Source: a virus
Taxonomy: Duplodnaviria; Caudoviricetes
DNA: 61,128 nucleotides
Direction: 5' to 3' (one strand)
Virus record (IMG/VR): IMGVR_UViG_3300027896_000041
Location: 1 to 61,128 of that record
Shown: in pieces, positions 49,640-60,178 of the stretch
Position numbering within the stretch: position 1 is the stretch's first letter
How the letters are laid out: each line of letters opens with the position of its first letter
The notes under the pieces: model-generated
The model's database searches: none
What the model saw: only the letters and a program-made list of their open reading frames with translations
What the model was told of the DNA's origin: nothing
Made by a program: the position numbers and the translations under genes

Positions 49640-50173
49640 ATGAAAAGAAAAGATTATATTGATTGGGATACTACGTTCATAGGAATGGCTATCTTAATCT
49701 CACTTAGATCGAAAGATCCAAGTACTAGACATGGTGCAGTAATTGTAGATCAAAACAATCGAGTTGTGTCACTTGGCTATAATGGGTTTGCAAGGGGCGT
49801 ATCCGATGATATTTTCCCATGGACAAGTCCTGAAAAGTATGACTATGTTGCTCATGCAGAAAGTAACGCGATTGATAATTCGAGTGTACCTCTCACTAAT
49901 TGTAAACTTTATTTATGGTCAGAAAAAGGTTATCTTCCATGCTCGCAATGTGCAGTTAGAATGATTCAAAGAGGAATTTCGGAAGTTATTATAGCTACTC
50001 AGATATCAGAAAATACACAAACATATAACTGGGAACCAACTAGAAAAATGTTTGAAGCAACTGGTATAAAAGTAAGAATATTGGAACATCCATTTACAGC
50101 AATTAATAACGTAATAAAAGAATTTGGAAAAGCGGCAGAAACAGTAGTTAAAATAAAAGGAGATAGAGAATGA
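49640..50173 (+). CDS. dCMP deaminase
   Basis: RSKDPST..GAVI, GYNG, HAESNAI, PCSQC. Confidence 0.93.
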   Translation: MKRKDYIDWDTTFIGMAILISLRSKDPSTRHGAVIVDQNNRVVSLGYNGFARGVSDDIFPWTSPEKYDYVAHAESNAIDNSSVPLTNCKLYLWSEKGYLPCSQCAVRMIQRGISEVIIATQISENTQTYNWEPTRKMFEATGIKVRILEHPFTAINNVIKEFGKAAETVVKIKGDRE

Positions 50174-50637
50174 AGAAAGTATTAGTTATTGGTGCAGCAG
50201 TATGTCTAATGTCGGGAATTGTAATGGCACAGCAACCTCCAGCAGCTCCTATGGTTCATAAGTTTAATGAAAATATTCAGATCAAATCTGATAGTGACAA
50301 GCTTATGGCAATTGTAGATGTTGATGGTAAGGTTACTCTTACTGCCGGTTCAAGTTATGACGAAGTAATCAATATTTTGATCGTTCGAATGATCAAGCAA
50401 AATGGTCAGGCACTTGAGCAGATTCAGATAATGGGTAAACTAATTGATGATGCAAAGGCAAGAGCTAATGCAACTACCACAAAGGCAGCTGAAATATTCC
50501 AAATTTGGAATCCTCCTCAGACTAAAGAAGAACCGAAAAAAGTAGTAGAAGCTGTCAAAACTGTAAAAGAAACTCCAACTCCCGTAGGTAATAGGGGAAC
50601 AGAAAACTCATTTTGGCAAAAACTGACAGGTAAATAA
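50170..50637 (+). CDS. Secreted or membrane hypothetical protein
   Basis: Sec signal peptide MKKVLVIGAAVCLMSGIVMA. Confidence 0.6.
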   Translation: MKKVLVIGAAVCLMSGIVMAQQPPAAPMVHKFNENIQIKSDSDKLMAIVDVDGKVTLTAGSSYDEVINILIVRMIKQNGQALEQIQIMGKLIDDAKARANATTTKAAEIFQIWNPPQTKEEPKKVVEAVKTVKETPTPVGNRGTENSFWQKLTGK

Positions 50638-50858
50638 AATGGCAAAAGATACTATGAGTAGAGTAAAAAATACCAAGCAGTTTGATGAAACTTTTGATAC
50701 AATGAAAAAAGCTAAAAAAGATAAATCGGTGAAATCAGAAGTTGTTAAGAAAACTGATTATGGTATTGGTGTTCGATATCATTATAAGTAAAGGTAATAA
50801 CTTAGATATCGGTGGTGGATTTCTACTAAATATTTTAGAACAAATCTAAAAGGTAAAT

Positions 50859-51752
50859 ATGATACAAGAATATATATGTAAACTATGTTCTAAAAAATTT
50901 AAGAACAATGGATTTGGTAAACATATTATAGGAATTCACCATATATCTATCAATAATTATTATAATCAATTTATTAGAAAAAATGAAGATGAAGGAAAAT
51001 GTGAAGTTTGTAAAAAACCAACTACATTTTATTCATTACCCGCAGGTTATCATAAATGCTGCTCTCGTAAATGCTCAGAGATCAGAACTAGAAAAGCAAG
51101 AGAAAAAACATGTTTCAAAAACTTTAATGGTCCTTCGCCATATAGTTCTGATTTAGTTAGACAAAAAGGAATAAATACATCAATATTAAGATTTGGTTCG
51201 AAACATGCTTTGCAAAATAAAACAATTATTAAAAGAAGAGAAGATAAATATTTTAAATTACATGGTGTAAAAAACCCATTTCAAAATTCAGAAGTTCAAG
51301 AAAAAAGAAGAATAACTTGTAATAAAAATTTAGGAACTGATTGGCCGATGCAGAATCTTGATGTTTTTCTTAAACGAGAAAAAGGTTATTTTAAAAGAAA
51401 AGAATTTATATTTCCTAGCGGAAATATAATAATTGTGCAAGGAGAAGAACCACAATTTTTAAAACATATAATAACACAAAACATCATTCAAGAAAATGAA
51501 ATACAAAAAGGTCTGAAATTTCAATATCTTACTTCAGATGGAAAAATAAAAAATTATTTTTCAGATTTTTTAATTAAACATCTAAATTTAATAGTAGAAA
51601 TTAAATCTAGTTATATTTTATCTAAATATGAAAAATATATGAAAGAGAAAGAAGATTGTGTTAAACGAAATGGTTATAATTTTATTTTAATTATTGATCA
51701 AAAATATGAAGAATTTGATAAACTAATTCAAAAATTACAGGAAACTAACTAA
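50859..51752 (+). CDS. Putative homing endonuclease (Zn finger, repeats, PD-(D/E)xK domain)
   Basis: CKLC..H...H, CEVC...CSRKC, QGEE, YFSDF...IVEIKS. Confidence 0.75.
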   Translation: MIQEYICKLCSKKFKNNGFGKHIIGIHHISINNYYNQFIRKNEDEGKCEVCKKPTTFYSLPAGYHKCCSRKCSEIRTRKAREKTCFKNFNGPSPYSSDLVRQKGINTSILRFGSKHALQNKTIIKRREDKYFKLHGVKNPFQNSEVQEKRRITCNKNLGTDWPMQNLDVFLKREKGYFKRKEFIFPSGNIIIVQGEEPQFLKHIITQNIIQENEIQKGLKFQYLTSDGKIKNYFSDFLIKHLNLIVEIKSSYILSKYEKYMKEKEDCVKRNGYNFILIIDQKYEEFDKLIQKLQETN

Positions 51753-52357
51753 TGCATATATGTCTAGAAGGACCAAATGGCGGCGGAAAAACAACAATCT
51801 TAAAAAATCTTGCAAAAAAAGGATATAGAACATTATCAAGTCCTAACGGAACATCACTTGCTCAATATCTTAGACCAGCATGTAGAGGAACAGATGAATG
51901 GACAAATTTGTCTGATATGGTAAAATTTCTTTTATTTTCCGCAGCTAGATGTGATGAATTTGATAAATTAGTTAAAAATCAAAAAGAAACAATTGTATGT
52001 GACAGGTGGCATTTTTCAACTTGGGTATATCAAGTTAGATTAGGAAATATACCAGAAAAATTATATGAAATGACTATACATCCAGAAGAAAAAATATCAA
52101 AAGTAATTATTCTTACTGGTGATCCGCAAACTCTTATTAATAGAGTAATATTGGAACGAGAAAAGAATCCTACTCATGGTGTTTGTACTTGGACAAAAGA
52201 AAAAGAAACCATGACTCGTATTAATGAAATATACAATAATGAACTTCCTGTATATTTAACAAATAAAAATATAAATATATCAATGATAGATACTACTGAT
52301 CGTTCAATTGATCAAGTTCAATGTTTAGTAGAATCAGTAATCAATCTAGGTAAATAG
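51752..52357 (+). CDS. tmk: Thymidylate kinase
   Basis: LEGPNGGGKTT, LLFSAAR, CDRW..ST.VYQ. Confidence 0.88.
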   Translation: MHICLEGPNGGGKTTILKNLAKKGYRTLSSPNGTSLAQYLRPACRGTDEWTNLSDMVKFLLFSAARCDEFDKLVKNQKETIVCDRWHFSTWVYQVRLGNIPEKLYEMTIHPEEKISKVIILTGDPQTLINRVILEREKNPTHGVCTWTKEKETMTRINEIYNNELPVYLTNKNINISMIDTTDRSIDQVQCLVESVINLGK

Positions 52358-52365
52358 ACGGGTAA

Positions 52366-52403
52366 AAGGCACCATGATTATCGAAAGATAATCATGGTGC
52401 CTT
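52366..52403. terminator. Perfect 17-bp hairpin between convergent operons
   Basis: AAGGCACCATGATTATC-GAAA-GATAATCATGGTGCCTT. Confidence 0.75.
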
Positions 52404-52419
52404 CCCACACGAAAAATTT

Positions 52420-53339
52420 TTACATTTTTCCTACTGGTTCATGCTGTAATGGATGTGGTATTACTGCATTCACCATTCTATCGGGAGTAGAAAGTACATT
52501 CTTTATTGCAGGTTTAACTGAGTGCACAACTCTACTGGCTCCTGATCCTAATGCACCAGCTACTTTCTTTCCGCCAATCATACCACCAACCATTCCTAAT
52601 GGTCCTAATGGAGCACCAGCTATAGCACCACCTATTGTTCCAGCTACATTAGCTATCGGTCTAATAATACCTATTTCATTAACAACTTTACTTACTATTT
52701 GATAGCCATTAATTCTCATATTATTTAATCTCTGGTTTTACTTGCTTATTTCTAATACCATAACCCTGACCTTTAAATCTCCATCTAGCAAGTAAGGTTC
52801 CAACAGCAGCACCAACAGTTAATCCAGCAAGAGCCCAAACCCCGCCATTGATTCTTATAATTTTTTTAGCAGTTTCTGGGTTTGGAACACCTCTAGCCAA
52901 TAACTTATTAACAAGTACACCCACTGCAGCACTACCAAGAGCACCGACAGTTGCACCCTTCACACCACCCTTTTCTTGAGCTCTTCTAAGCTGCTGAAAA
53001 TCTTCTGGTGTTAGTGCTGGCGCATCAACAGCTTCACTTACTAATTGAAATCCATTCATCTTCATATTATATATTTCCTGCCTTTGTTAGTGGAGATGTT
53101 TTAAGACCTTTTTCAAAAGCTTTACCTAATCTACTACCAGATCCAACTTTAACATTTCTGTGTAATAAATCGGAAGCTTTACCAGCTATGTTTTTTTGGA
53201 AATCTGAAAATCCTTTATGAGTAACACCCATACTTTTTGCAACATTGGCAACGCCTTTACCTGTTACATCAGCTAGATATTTAGCAATTTTACCTTCGCT
53301 TAAAATATCACTCACTATTGTATAACCATTCTGCTTCAT
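52420..53339 (-). CDS. Three tandem small basic Gly/Ala-rich proteins with a shared N-terminal leader (52420-52719, 52721-53065, 53067-53339)
   Basis: MRINGYQIVS, MKMNGFQLVS, MKQNGYTIVS. Confidence 0.75.
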
Positions 53340-53367
53340 GTAACATCCCTCAAATTTTTAATTTGTT

Positions 53368-53892
53368 CTATCTTTTTATTAATAACAGTGGTCTAATTAT
53401 GGCTAGAAATTTATCTTTATCAAAATGAATTCCAGGACACTTTAATTTTGTATCATTTGAAATCTCATAATGCATCTTTATATTAGATATTGGTATTAAA
53501 AACCATTTCATTATTGATGCTATTGCTCTATATCCTAATTGTTGGTATGCTCGTGTATCAGCTGATATATAGTTATAATTTCCCGCCATTGCTATATGGA
53601 CTGAATTGATATACTCTTCTGATATATCAGGATATTCACAAAAATAAGCTAAAGGTCGAGACATAATTGTCTCATAGTCATTTCCAACTTTCTTACAAAC
53701 GAAATGATACGGTAAATCAAATTCACTATTAAAAACCCAATTGTAACTTCTGTAGTCTGAAATATTTACTTTCTTATCATCAGTTTTTGATTTTTCATAG
53801 TGTTCAAATTGACAAGTTAAATCATGGATAACTATATAATTAAACTTTTTAAAAGCTTTGGGTAAATATACTGGTTTATATGGAACTTGCAT
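53368..53892 (-). CDS. N-acetylmuramoyl-L-alanine amidase-like (Amidase_2 fold)
   Basis: IVIHD, PYHF, SVHIAMAGNY, HYE, CPG..FD. Confidence 0.7.
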   Translation of the reverse strand: MQVPYKPVYLPKAFKKFNYIVIHDLTCQFEHYEKSKTDDKKVNISDYRSYNWVFNSEFDLPYHFVCKKVGNDYETIMSRPLAYFCEYPDISEEYINSVHIAMAGNYNYISADTRAYQQLGYRAIASIMKWFLIPISNIKMHYEISNDTKLKCPGIHFDKDKFLAIIRPLLLIKR

Positions 53893-53925
53893 TTATATTA
53901 ATCCTTTATCATTTGTTCCTTACTA

Positions 53926-54261
53926 TCAGGTATCTCCAACGATATGAGTAGGGCAACCTTCTGCTTGAGTATCACCACAATCATAACTATCATCAGTTCT
54001 AAAAGCTTGCAGCAAATTAATAAACGTTGTTGGTGCGCCAACTGCAGCTTCTGGATCATGGTAATAAGATGGAAGTGGAATAATACCAAATATCCATGCA
54101 AAATGTCTAGCTGCTTTATCTGTAACTCTAGATGCGTTCAAATATTCACATGAAAAGGTATCAGGAGAACCTGTTATTAATGTAGTTGGTGGAAAATAAA
54201 ATATATACGCCACCCAATGACCCACTGAATAATCTCCAATTCTTGCTTGAAATCCTGCCAT
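53926..54261 (-). CDS. PAAR-type spike tip protein
   Basis: ARIGD...H, TGSPDTF, ASRVTD, FRTDD..DCG...EG....VG. Confidence 0.8.
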   Translation of the reverse strand: MAGFQARIGDYSVGHWVAYIFYFPPTTLITGSPDTFSCEYLNASRVTDKAARHFAWIFGIIPLPSYYHDPEAAVGAPTTFINLLQAFRTDDSYDCGDTQAEGCPTHIVGDT

Positions 54262-54274
54262 TGTTATTGTCTCC

Positions 54275-54884
54275 TCAATGCTGTGGAACTAAAGCAGCGA
54301 TAGTTGCAATCAATGTATTAAGTCCCAATGTTGGTATAACCACTTTAGCTAAATTAGTAGCTTTCGGTTTAGCTGCCCCAGATGAAATCTGTACAGAAAC
54401 TATAGTACCAGAGTACAATGCTATACTACCCTTAACTTCAAAATTACTTCCTGGTGCTGTCATTTTTACCCCACATATATCCAACGTTTATTTAAATACT
54501 CGGCTCGAACTAAATTAACAACTAATTTATGAATAGTTGGATCTGTTTTAATAGCATCTGCAACGATCTTATCAAAAGCAGCAATACACGGAGCCATTTT
54601 AATTGCTTCTGCAGTCATACCATCAAACATGACCCAAGCTTCACCTTCCGTAACAAAACTGAGTTCTAATCCACCACCCATAAAACACCCCCTTAAACAT
54701 ATTCGTCTTTCAAATCAATAACTATATTTGCAATAGCTTCTATTGTCTGTGGACCAGTAGCAAGAACCAATAATATATCTTCTATGGATGCAGCCTTGGT
54801 TTTAGATCCTTGCGTCCCTTCTATATGATTAGCTATTGCTAATGCCATAGCAGCGACTCCTTCTGATTCTGTCATATATGCCAT
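54275..54884 (-). CDS. Three small genes in the tail/baseplate cluster
   Basis: ORFs with GGAG/GGGG/AGGTG RBSs. Confidence 0.5.
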
Positions 54885-54892
54885 AACACCAC

Positions 54893-56182
54893 CTATATTT
54901 TCTTTATAAAAGCTAATACATAAAATTGAGGTCTATTTTCATGTGCTGTTCCAGATCCTTGAGATGTTACAGTAACACTGTGTGTATGATCTGTGACGGG
55001 ATTTATAGTAACTGTATGACCGTGTGATCCTGCAGAATTTATACTTACACTATGACTATGATCACCAGCACTACTAGTATTAGCATCAGTAATATCAGCA
55101 ATCGACAATGGAGTAGAACCATCCCTCGTTGTACTTCCATACGGTTGTCGATATCCATGACTATGACTTCCGGTACTATTAGTACTACCAGAGTGACTAT
55201 GATTTCCATTTGATGTTGCACTACCTGTTGGCGTATGTGCTCCTCCTGCACCAGTTGTTCCGCCACCACCATGATTATGCGCGGCCATTTCTGCAATTGA
55301 TAATGCATGTGTTGCTGATCCACCAGTATTTCCTATTGTATTATAATCAACAGTACTTGGATCATAACCAGCTATAAATTGTCCCTTTAAATTAGGAGTT
55401 CCATTATTTCCATTGCACAATGCCCACCCAGTATTAACTCCAACTCCGAGTCCGGTAGCATCAAATTCAGAAAGAGTTACAGAACCATGATACATTATAA
55501 TTCCACCAGAAGGAACTGAAAACGCTGAAAAATTAGCTACAATATTTCTAGGTTGATCCATTGTAATTGATAAAGGGTTTGTGATTTCACTCCCTGATGG
55601 TACATCTTCAGACCAGTAACTAAATTGCTGTCCCGCCCCTGCTGTAGCAGTTAAAGATACCACAGTTCCAGAATCATACCAACCAGCAGCGCCAGTTACT
55701 GATCCAGAGCCAATTTCGGAAACATTTAAATAATATTGCGTTTTCCATGTCCATGTTATAGTTGATTCTTGAGTAATTGTAAATGCACCAGTGCTGTTTG
55801 TAACACCTGTAGCTGGTACATCACCAGTACCAACCCAACCAGTCAACACATATCTAATTCCTGCAGCACCTGATACAGGTGAACCAGATACTTGACAGGT
55901 AACACTAGTTCCAACTTCATAAAAATTATCATATGTTGGTGGTGTAGGAGTACCATACGGACTAGTTACCCGGAGCTTAACAGGATCAGATAAAAATGTA
56001 CAACTGACAACACGATTTTGATTCATAATAATTGTCAGCGGATTAATGTATAATGAATCAATTGGAACATCCCCTGTCCATGTAACAAAACTATATCCAG
56101 CATCAGGAATAGCTGTAAGAACAACTGCTTCATTAGAAGGATGCGGTCCTGAAATCCCATCAATTATTCCATTAGCAGGCAT
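54893..56182 (-). CDS. Tail-collar/baseplate wedge-type protein with InlB-B-like repeats and His-repeat fibre
   Basis: V.LTA.P..GY.F..W.GD repeats; PSGGIIMY, GWALCNG.NGTPNL.G.F, HSHS repeats, HENRPQFYVLAFIKK. Confidence 0.8.
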   Translation of the reverse strand: MPANGIIDGISGPHPSNEAVVLTAIPDAGYSFVTWTGDVPIDSLYINPLTIIMNQNRVVSCTFLSDPVKLRVTSPYGTPTPPTYDNFYEVGTSVTCQVSGSPVSGAAGIRYVLTGWVGTGDVPATGVTNSTGAFTITQESTITWTWKTQYYLNVSEIGSGSVTGAAGWYDSGTVVSLTATAGAGQQFSYWSEDVPSGSEITNPLSITMDQPRNIVANFSAFSVPSGGIIMYHGSVTLSEFDATGLGVGVNTGWALCNGNNGTPNLKGQFIAGYDPSTVDYNTIGNTGGSATHALSIAEMAAHNHGGGGTTGAGGAHTPTGSATSNGNHSHSGSTNSTGSHSHGYRQPYGSTTRDGSTPLSIADITDANTSSAGDHSHSVSINSAGSHGHTVTINPVTDHTHSVTVTSQGSGTAHENRPQFYVLAFIKKI

Positions 56183-56826
56183 TATATTATCTCCAAATTA
56201 AATGTTGATATTACAGTTGCAGATGTTGATAAAACCGAAGTAATATCAGTATATACTGAACTAGTAACTTTTAACTGTATTACATAAGAACCGGAATCAC
56301 TAAACTCTATCAACGTAGATAAATTCCATTGTGTCGGAACTGAAATATTACTATACTCTATAAATGAAACATTTCCAGGTGTCGGTTTCTTAAGTATAGA
56401 CCATTCATATGTAAACTCGGTCATATTCATATTTCCACCAGAAATAACAGAATCTAAATAATACTGTTTATTAGAATAAATATTAGAATCTGGAGTTCCA
56501 CTAGATGAACTAGAACTAGACGAACCAGAATATGGTTCAAAATTTGAAAATACTATTGTTGGTGGTTTTTGAGAAAGTTCTTCTGGATCCATTAATCCTA
56601 ACATTAAATCTGTTATTTTAGAACCCATGGTAGCTGCTATTTGAGCTTCTTGCTGCTCATAATCAGGAATGGTTTTCTGTAAATATTCATGAGTCAATTT
56701 CTTTAAATCATTTTCCTTTTCTTTCAATCCCTGCACCGGATCTTTATTCATTTTGGTTGGATCAGCATTATTGATATAAAGAGCTTTTATCATATCTAAC
56801 ATGTAGCTTGTTGGTGGTGTTGACAT
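56182..56826 (-). CDS. Structural protein with poly-Ser linker and PKD-like C-terminus
   Basis: TYEWS...GSYVIQLKVT. Confidence 0.55.
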   Translation of the reverse strand: MSTPPTSYMLDMIKALYINNADPTKMNKDPVQGLKEKENDLKKLTHEYLQKTIPDYEQQEAQIAATMGSKITDLMLGLMDPEELSQKPPTIVFSNFEPYSGSSSSSSSSGTPDSNIYSNKQYYLDSVISGGNMNMTEFTYEWSILKKPTPGNVSFIEYSNISVPTQWNLSTLIEFSDSGSYVIQLKVTSSVYTDITSVLSTSATVISTFNLEII

Positions 56827-56836
56827 TTATTATTCC

Positions 56837-57979
56837 TTATGAAAAATCAATAAATCCATTATTTGTTTTCGGGTTGCCTAATACAATTCTCATTGCTTCT
56901 CGTTGATGTGGTGCAAATATATAATTCATTATATTTGGATCTGTAATAGACATTCCTATTGGTACATTAGATAAAAACTCTTGCATCTTCCACATATTCA
57001 TACACGGTATAGCAGCGGTTGTACAATCGGTCAAATATTTAGCATATCCACCAACCAAAGATCCAGATATATCATATATTGCAGCTCTCCCAGTTCCACC
57101 CCACTGGTTATCTACATATTCTTCATTATTAATTTGATCATCTGCAGGTACGTTAGATCCAGTCCACATTGCATATCTACAGTATGGGTTTTTTGTATAC
57201 AAATTAACACCTGGTCCAGTAGTTAATGATAATTTATCAGATGGTACCCCACATTGATTTAATAAAAACATTATAAGATCTCTTATCCAAACATAATCAG
57301 GAAGTATAGGCGTATCTGAATAATATTTAGTTCCTAGATTCAATATATAATTAACCCCACTAGATTGTATATGCTGAACCACTTTTTTAACATAATCACC
57401 CTGTATAGTATCATTCCAATTTAGTGCAGTATATGGATAAGGTAAATGAGTCAAAAATGGATCATTCGGACTTCCATTAAAATCAAATATCGTGGGTATT
57501 ATTGTCATATTATATTGACTAGCTTGAATACAAATAGCATCTAAATTTTTCCACCATTTAGTATTCTCATCAATCACCCACTCAGTAGGATTTCTATAAT
57601 TATCATACACTGGAATTGAAAGCGGATCTAAAAATTGATTATCTATTGGAACTGGTTCCAAATCTTTAAATAAATAGAATCCAGTGTATGTTCCATAAGA
57701 TTTATCTACTAACGGAATAACTTTATCTCTATAGACATCTTTCAGATGTAATAAATTCATATGACCAACACCAACAAATCTTTGTATTTTAATAACAGCA
57801 GGCGTTGGAGGCGGACGCGGTACTGGAGACGTAACAACTGAAGGAGATGATGCTGAAGTTGGAACTGGAGCAGGATTAGGAATTCGACCAGATCCAGCTT
57901 GTGGTTCTGGTGATGGATTAGATCCAAATGTTAGAGCATATGGATCACCTAATTCTGGCGGTATTTTAAATGATGTCAT
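56837..57979 (-). CDS. Pro-rich linker plus possible glycoside-hydrolase-like barrel
   Basis: WKNLDAICIQASQYNMTIIPTIFDF resembles a clan GH-A segment; tentative. Confidence 0.45.
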   Translation of the reverse strand: MTSFKIPPELGDPYALTFGSNPSPEPQAGSGRIPNPAPVPTSASSPSVVTSPVPRPPPTPAVIKIQRFVGVGHMNLLHLKDVYRDKVIPLVDKSYGTYTGFYLFKDLEPVPIDNQFLDPLSIPVYDNYRNPTEWVIDENTKWWKNLDAICIQASQYNMTIIPTIFDFNGSPNDPFLTHLPYPYTALNWNDTIQGDYVKKVVQHIQSSGVNYILNLGTKYYSDTPILPDYVWIRDLIMFLLNQCGVPSDKLSLTTGPGVNLYTKNPYCRYAMWTGSNVPADDQINNEEYVDNQWGGTGRAAIYDISGSLVGGYAKYLTDCTTAAIPCMNMWKMQEFLSNVPIGMSITDPNIMNYIFAPHQREAMRIVLGNPKTNNGFIDFS

Positions 57980-59259
57980 GGCGATTCTATATCTCCTTCA
58001 GGTATTGGCGGAATAGGTGAATCTTGTGGATTTGGCTGAATATCCAATAGTCCTATCGGTTCTGCAGGTATAGCTGAAGTGGCCAAAGATGCAATAGTAA
58101 TAGAGAATGCAGAGAATGCAGATGCAGAAAAATTCTGTATATCTGTAATTGCTCCCTGTATTCTAATAATTCCTTCAGAATGCAAATCTAAAACACCATC
58201 TCCAGTAACTCTTGCATTTGCAAATCCTCTAACATGTGTCGATGTAGAAGTCATCCTCATTGTTGCACCAGATGCACATTCCATTCTTGATCCAGCACAA
58301 TGAGTTATTGTTGATGCAGCTGTATCTGCTATTTGTGATAACGCGGTTCTCTTATCATGGGACATTGAAAACCTATCAAAGGAATCTGCTTTCTGGTAAT
58401 ATGCATCCTCAGCTTTAATATCCATTGTCCCGCCAGATGTTCTGTAATAATTAGTTCCGACATCAACATGCAATTCTTCACCGGTTTTAATAAACATATT
58501 TGTTAATGTTTCTATATGTATATCATTTTGAAAATATACATGCAGCTGATCGATAGCAACACTGTCATTAACATGAAATGTTATAAAATTTCCTCTATAA
58601 TCTTTAATCAGTAATGTTTCTTCACCTGGAACTTCTTTAATACAAATAAAAGTTTGATTACCCTCTTCTAAAAAAACAGAATCTAAATCACCATCCGGTT
58701 CATTCGTCATCATTCGTTTCTTTCCAGTAATCATTACTCGAGCATCTTCTGGATCATCTGAAAATACAATAGACCTACCCTCTTTGGTTTTAATTAAAGT
58801 CCATTTTTTCCAATATTCGGCTCCGGTTAAATTTTCCGGAAGAACTTGTCTCTGACCTGCTTCCAATGCTCCAAAATAATACGGATGGTTTGGATCACCA
58901 TTTTCAAAGAAAACCCAAATCCAAGAACCAGCGGGTGGTATCAAACAACTACCCTGATACCAACCATCCTCAAAAAATGCAGATGGACCCTTAGCTCTAT
59001 CTTCAATATTCATATCAAAGACATTTCTTCCACCTAAATAATTATTACCGGGATGTGCCCATAAACCATTATCTGTCCACTCTAGAGTTTTAAATTCACC
59101 CAATTCCGGCATAAGATCTGGAATACGAACTTTTACTCTACCAAGCTGTTTTTCATCTTTACAATCAATAACTAAAGCTCGATAAAAACCATTCCATTTA
59201 TTAGATGAACCTCTTTGATTAAGATTAGATCTTTGAATATTATCTATTTGCTGAGACAT
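57976..59259 (-). CDS. Baseplate central spike, gp5/VgrG OB-fold
   Basis: FYRALVID..D..QLGRVKVRIP, G...IPP.GS..WVFFENGDPNHP. Confidence 0.88.
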   Translation of the reverse strand: MSQQIDNIQRSNLNQRGSSNKWNGFYRALVIDCKDEKQLGRVKVRIPDLMPELGEFKTLEWTDNGLWAHPGNNYLGGRNVFDMNIEDRAKGPSAFFEDGWYQGSCLIPPAGSWIWVFFENGDPNHPYYFGALEAGQRQVLPENLTGAEYWKKWTLIKTKEGRSIVFSDDPEDARVMITGKKRMMTNEPDGDLDSVFLEEGNQTFICIKEVPGEETLLIKDYRGNFITFHVNDSVAIDQLHVYFQNDIHIETLTNMFIKTGEELHVDVGTNYYRTSGGTMDIKAEDAYYQKADSFDRFSMSHDKRTALSQIADTAASTITHCAGSRMECASGATMRMTSTSTHVRGFANARVTGDGVLDLHSEGIIRIQGAITDIQNFSASAFSAFSITIASLATSAIPAEPIGLLDIQPNPQDSPIPPIPEGDIESP

Positions 59260-59281
59260 ATAACTTCCTTGGATTCTTATA

Positions 59282-60178
59282 TTAAATTGCTTTATCTATA
59301 GTAGCTTCTATAATTGAGTTCACCTTTAAAAATAATTTTTGATTGTACATTTGAAATGATGGCGAGAAATAAGAATTTCCATTAATAGATGCTGATATCA
59401 TTGTTGATGAGAATCTCATTACATCTTCGAATATGCAAATATTCATTGTACCAAAATTTCTTATCATTATATCTAGAAAACTGTATTTGTTTAATCCGGG
59501 TAATACTCCACTTTCTGAAAGTGCCATTATTAAACTATCAACTTTAGAAAGATCATAATTAGAAAAATCCACTTTGATATCTTGTACTTTGATTTTTGCT
59601 AAGTGTCCAGCTCTATTTAATGCAGTTTCTTGATCCACTCCAAAAAATGATGCATAAATATATGCAGCAACAATAAATCTAAATTGCGGAATTAAATCAA
59701 CATACGGACCAGTCAAACTAAAACCATGCTTCTTTGCAAATATTTTTAATAATACCTGAATCATATACTCTGCAAAAGGATCTGCATTTTCTGCCGATAT
59801 GGAAATACCTGCTGATAGTACCGAACATACATGACTGTATACTACTATAGTATACATATCTCGCATATCGATATTAGAAATTGATTTTCTGCCTATCGCT
59901 GATAAATTAATAACACATCTTTTGGTTGTCTTATTATATGCAGCAAATAAAGGATATTTCGGAAGTCTAACCACATCAAAAAATTTCATTCCCGTCTTAA
60001 CATGATAGTTAACATATTTACTTGTAAAGTGATTTTTTGACTTGGATGCGAATATTTTTACAGTAGATAGAAAAATTTCTTTATCTTCTTCAGGAATCAT
60101 AAAAGGATCAATAGTACTCTGCGGAAAATCAAATACATTTGGTTTATCATTTAAGAGCGATAATTTTTCTTTGATCAT
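59282..60178 (-). CDS. Hypothetical protein
   Basis: AAGGA RBS, GAATAAATT motif upstream. Confidence 0.65.
   Translation of the reverse strand: MIKEKLSLLNDKPNVFDFPQSTIDPFMIPEEDKEIFLSTVKIFASKSKNHFTSKYVNYHVKTGMKFFDVVRLPKYPLFAAYNKTTKRCVINLSAIGRKSISNIDMRDMYTIVVYSHVCSVLSAGISISAENADPFAEYMIQVLLKIFAKKHGFSLTGPYVDLIPQFRFIVAAYIYASFFGVDQETALNRAGHLAKIKVQDIKVDFSNYDLSKVDSLIMALSESGVLPGLNKYSFLDIMIRNFGTMNICIFEDVMRFSSTMISASINGNSYFSPSFQMYNQKLFLKVNSIIEATIDKAI

Noticed and set aside
56500-56530. Short tandem repeat (ctagaa-like)
   Set aside because: It simply encodes a poly-Ser linker
486-59037. Many short plus-strand ORFs in the track (e.g. 486-668, 10512-10754, 23571-23849, 42498-42818, 52394-52702)
   Set aside because: Antisense shadows of well-supported minus-strand genes, without RBSs
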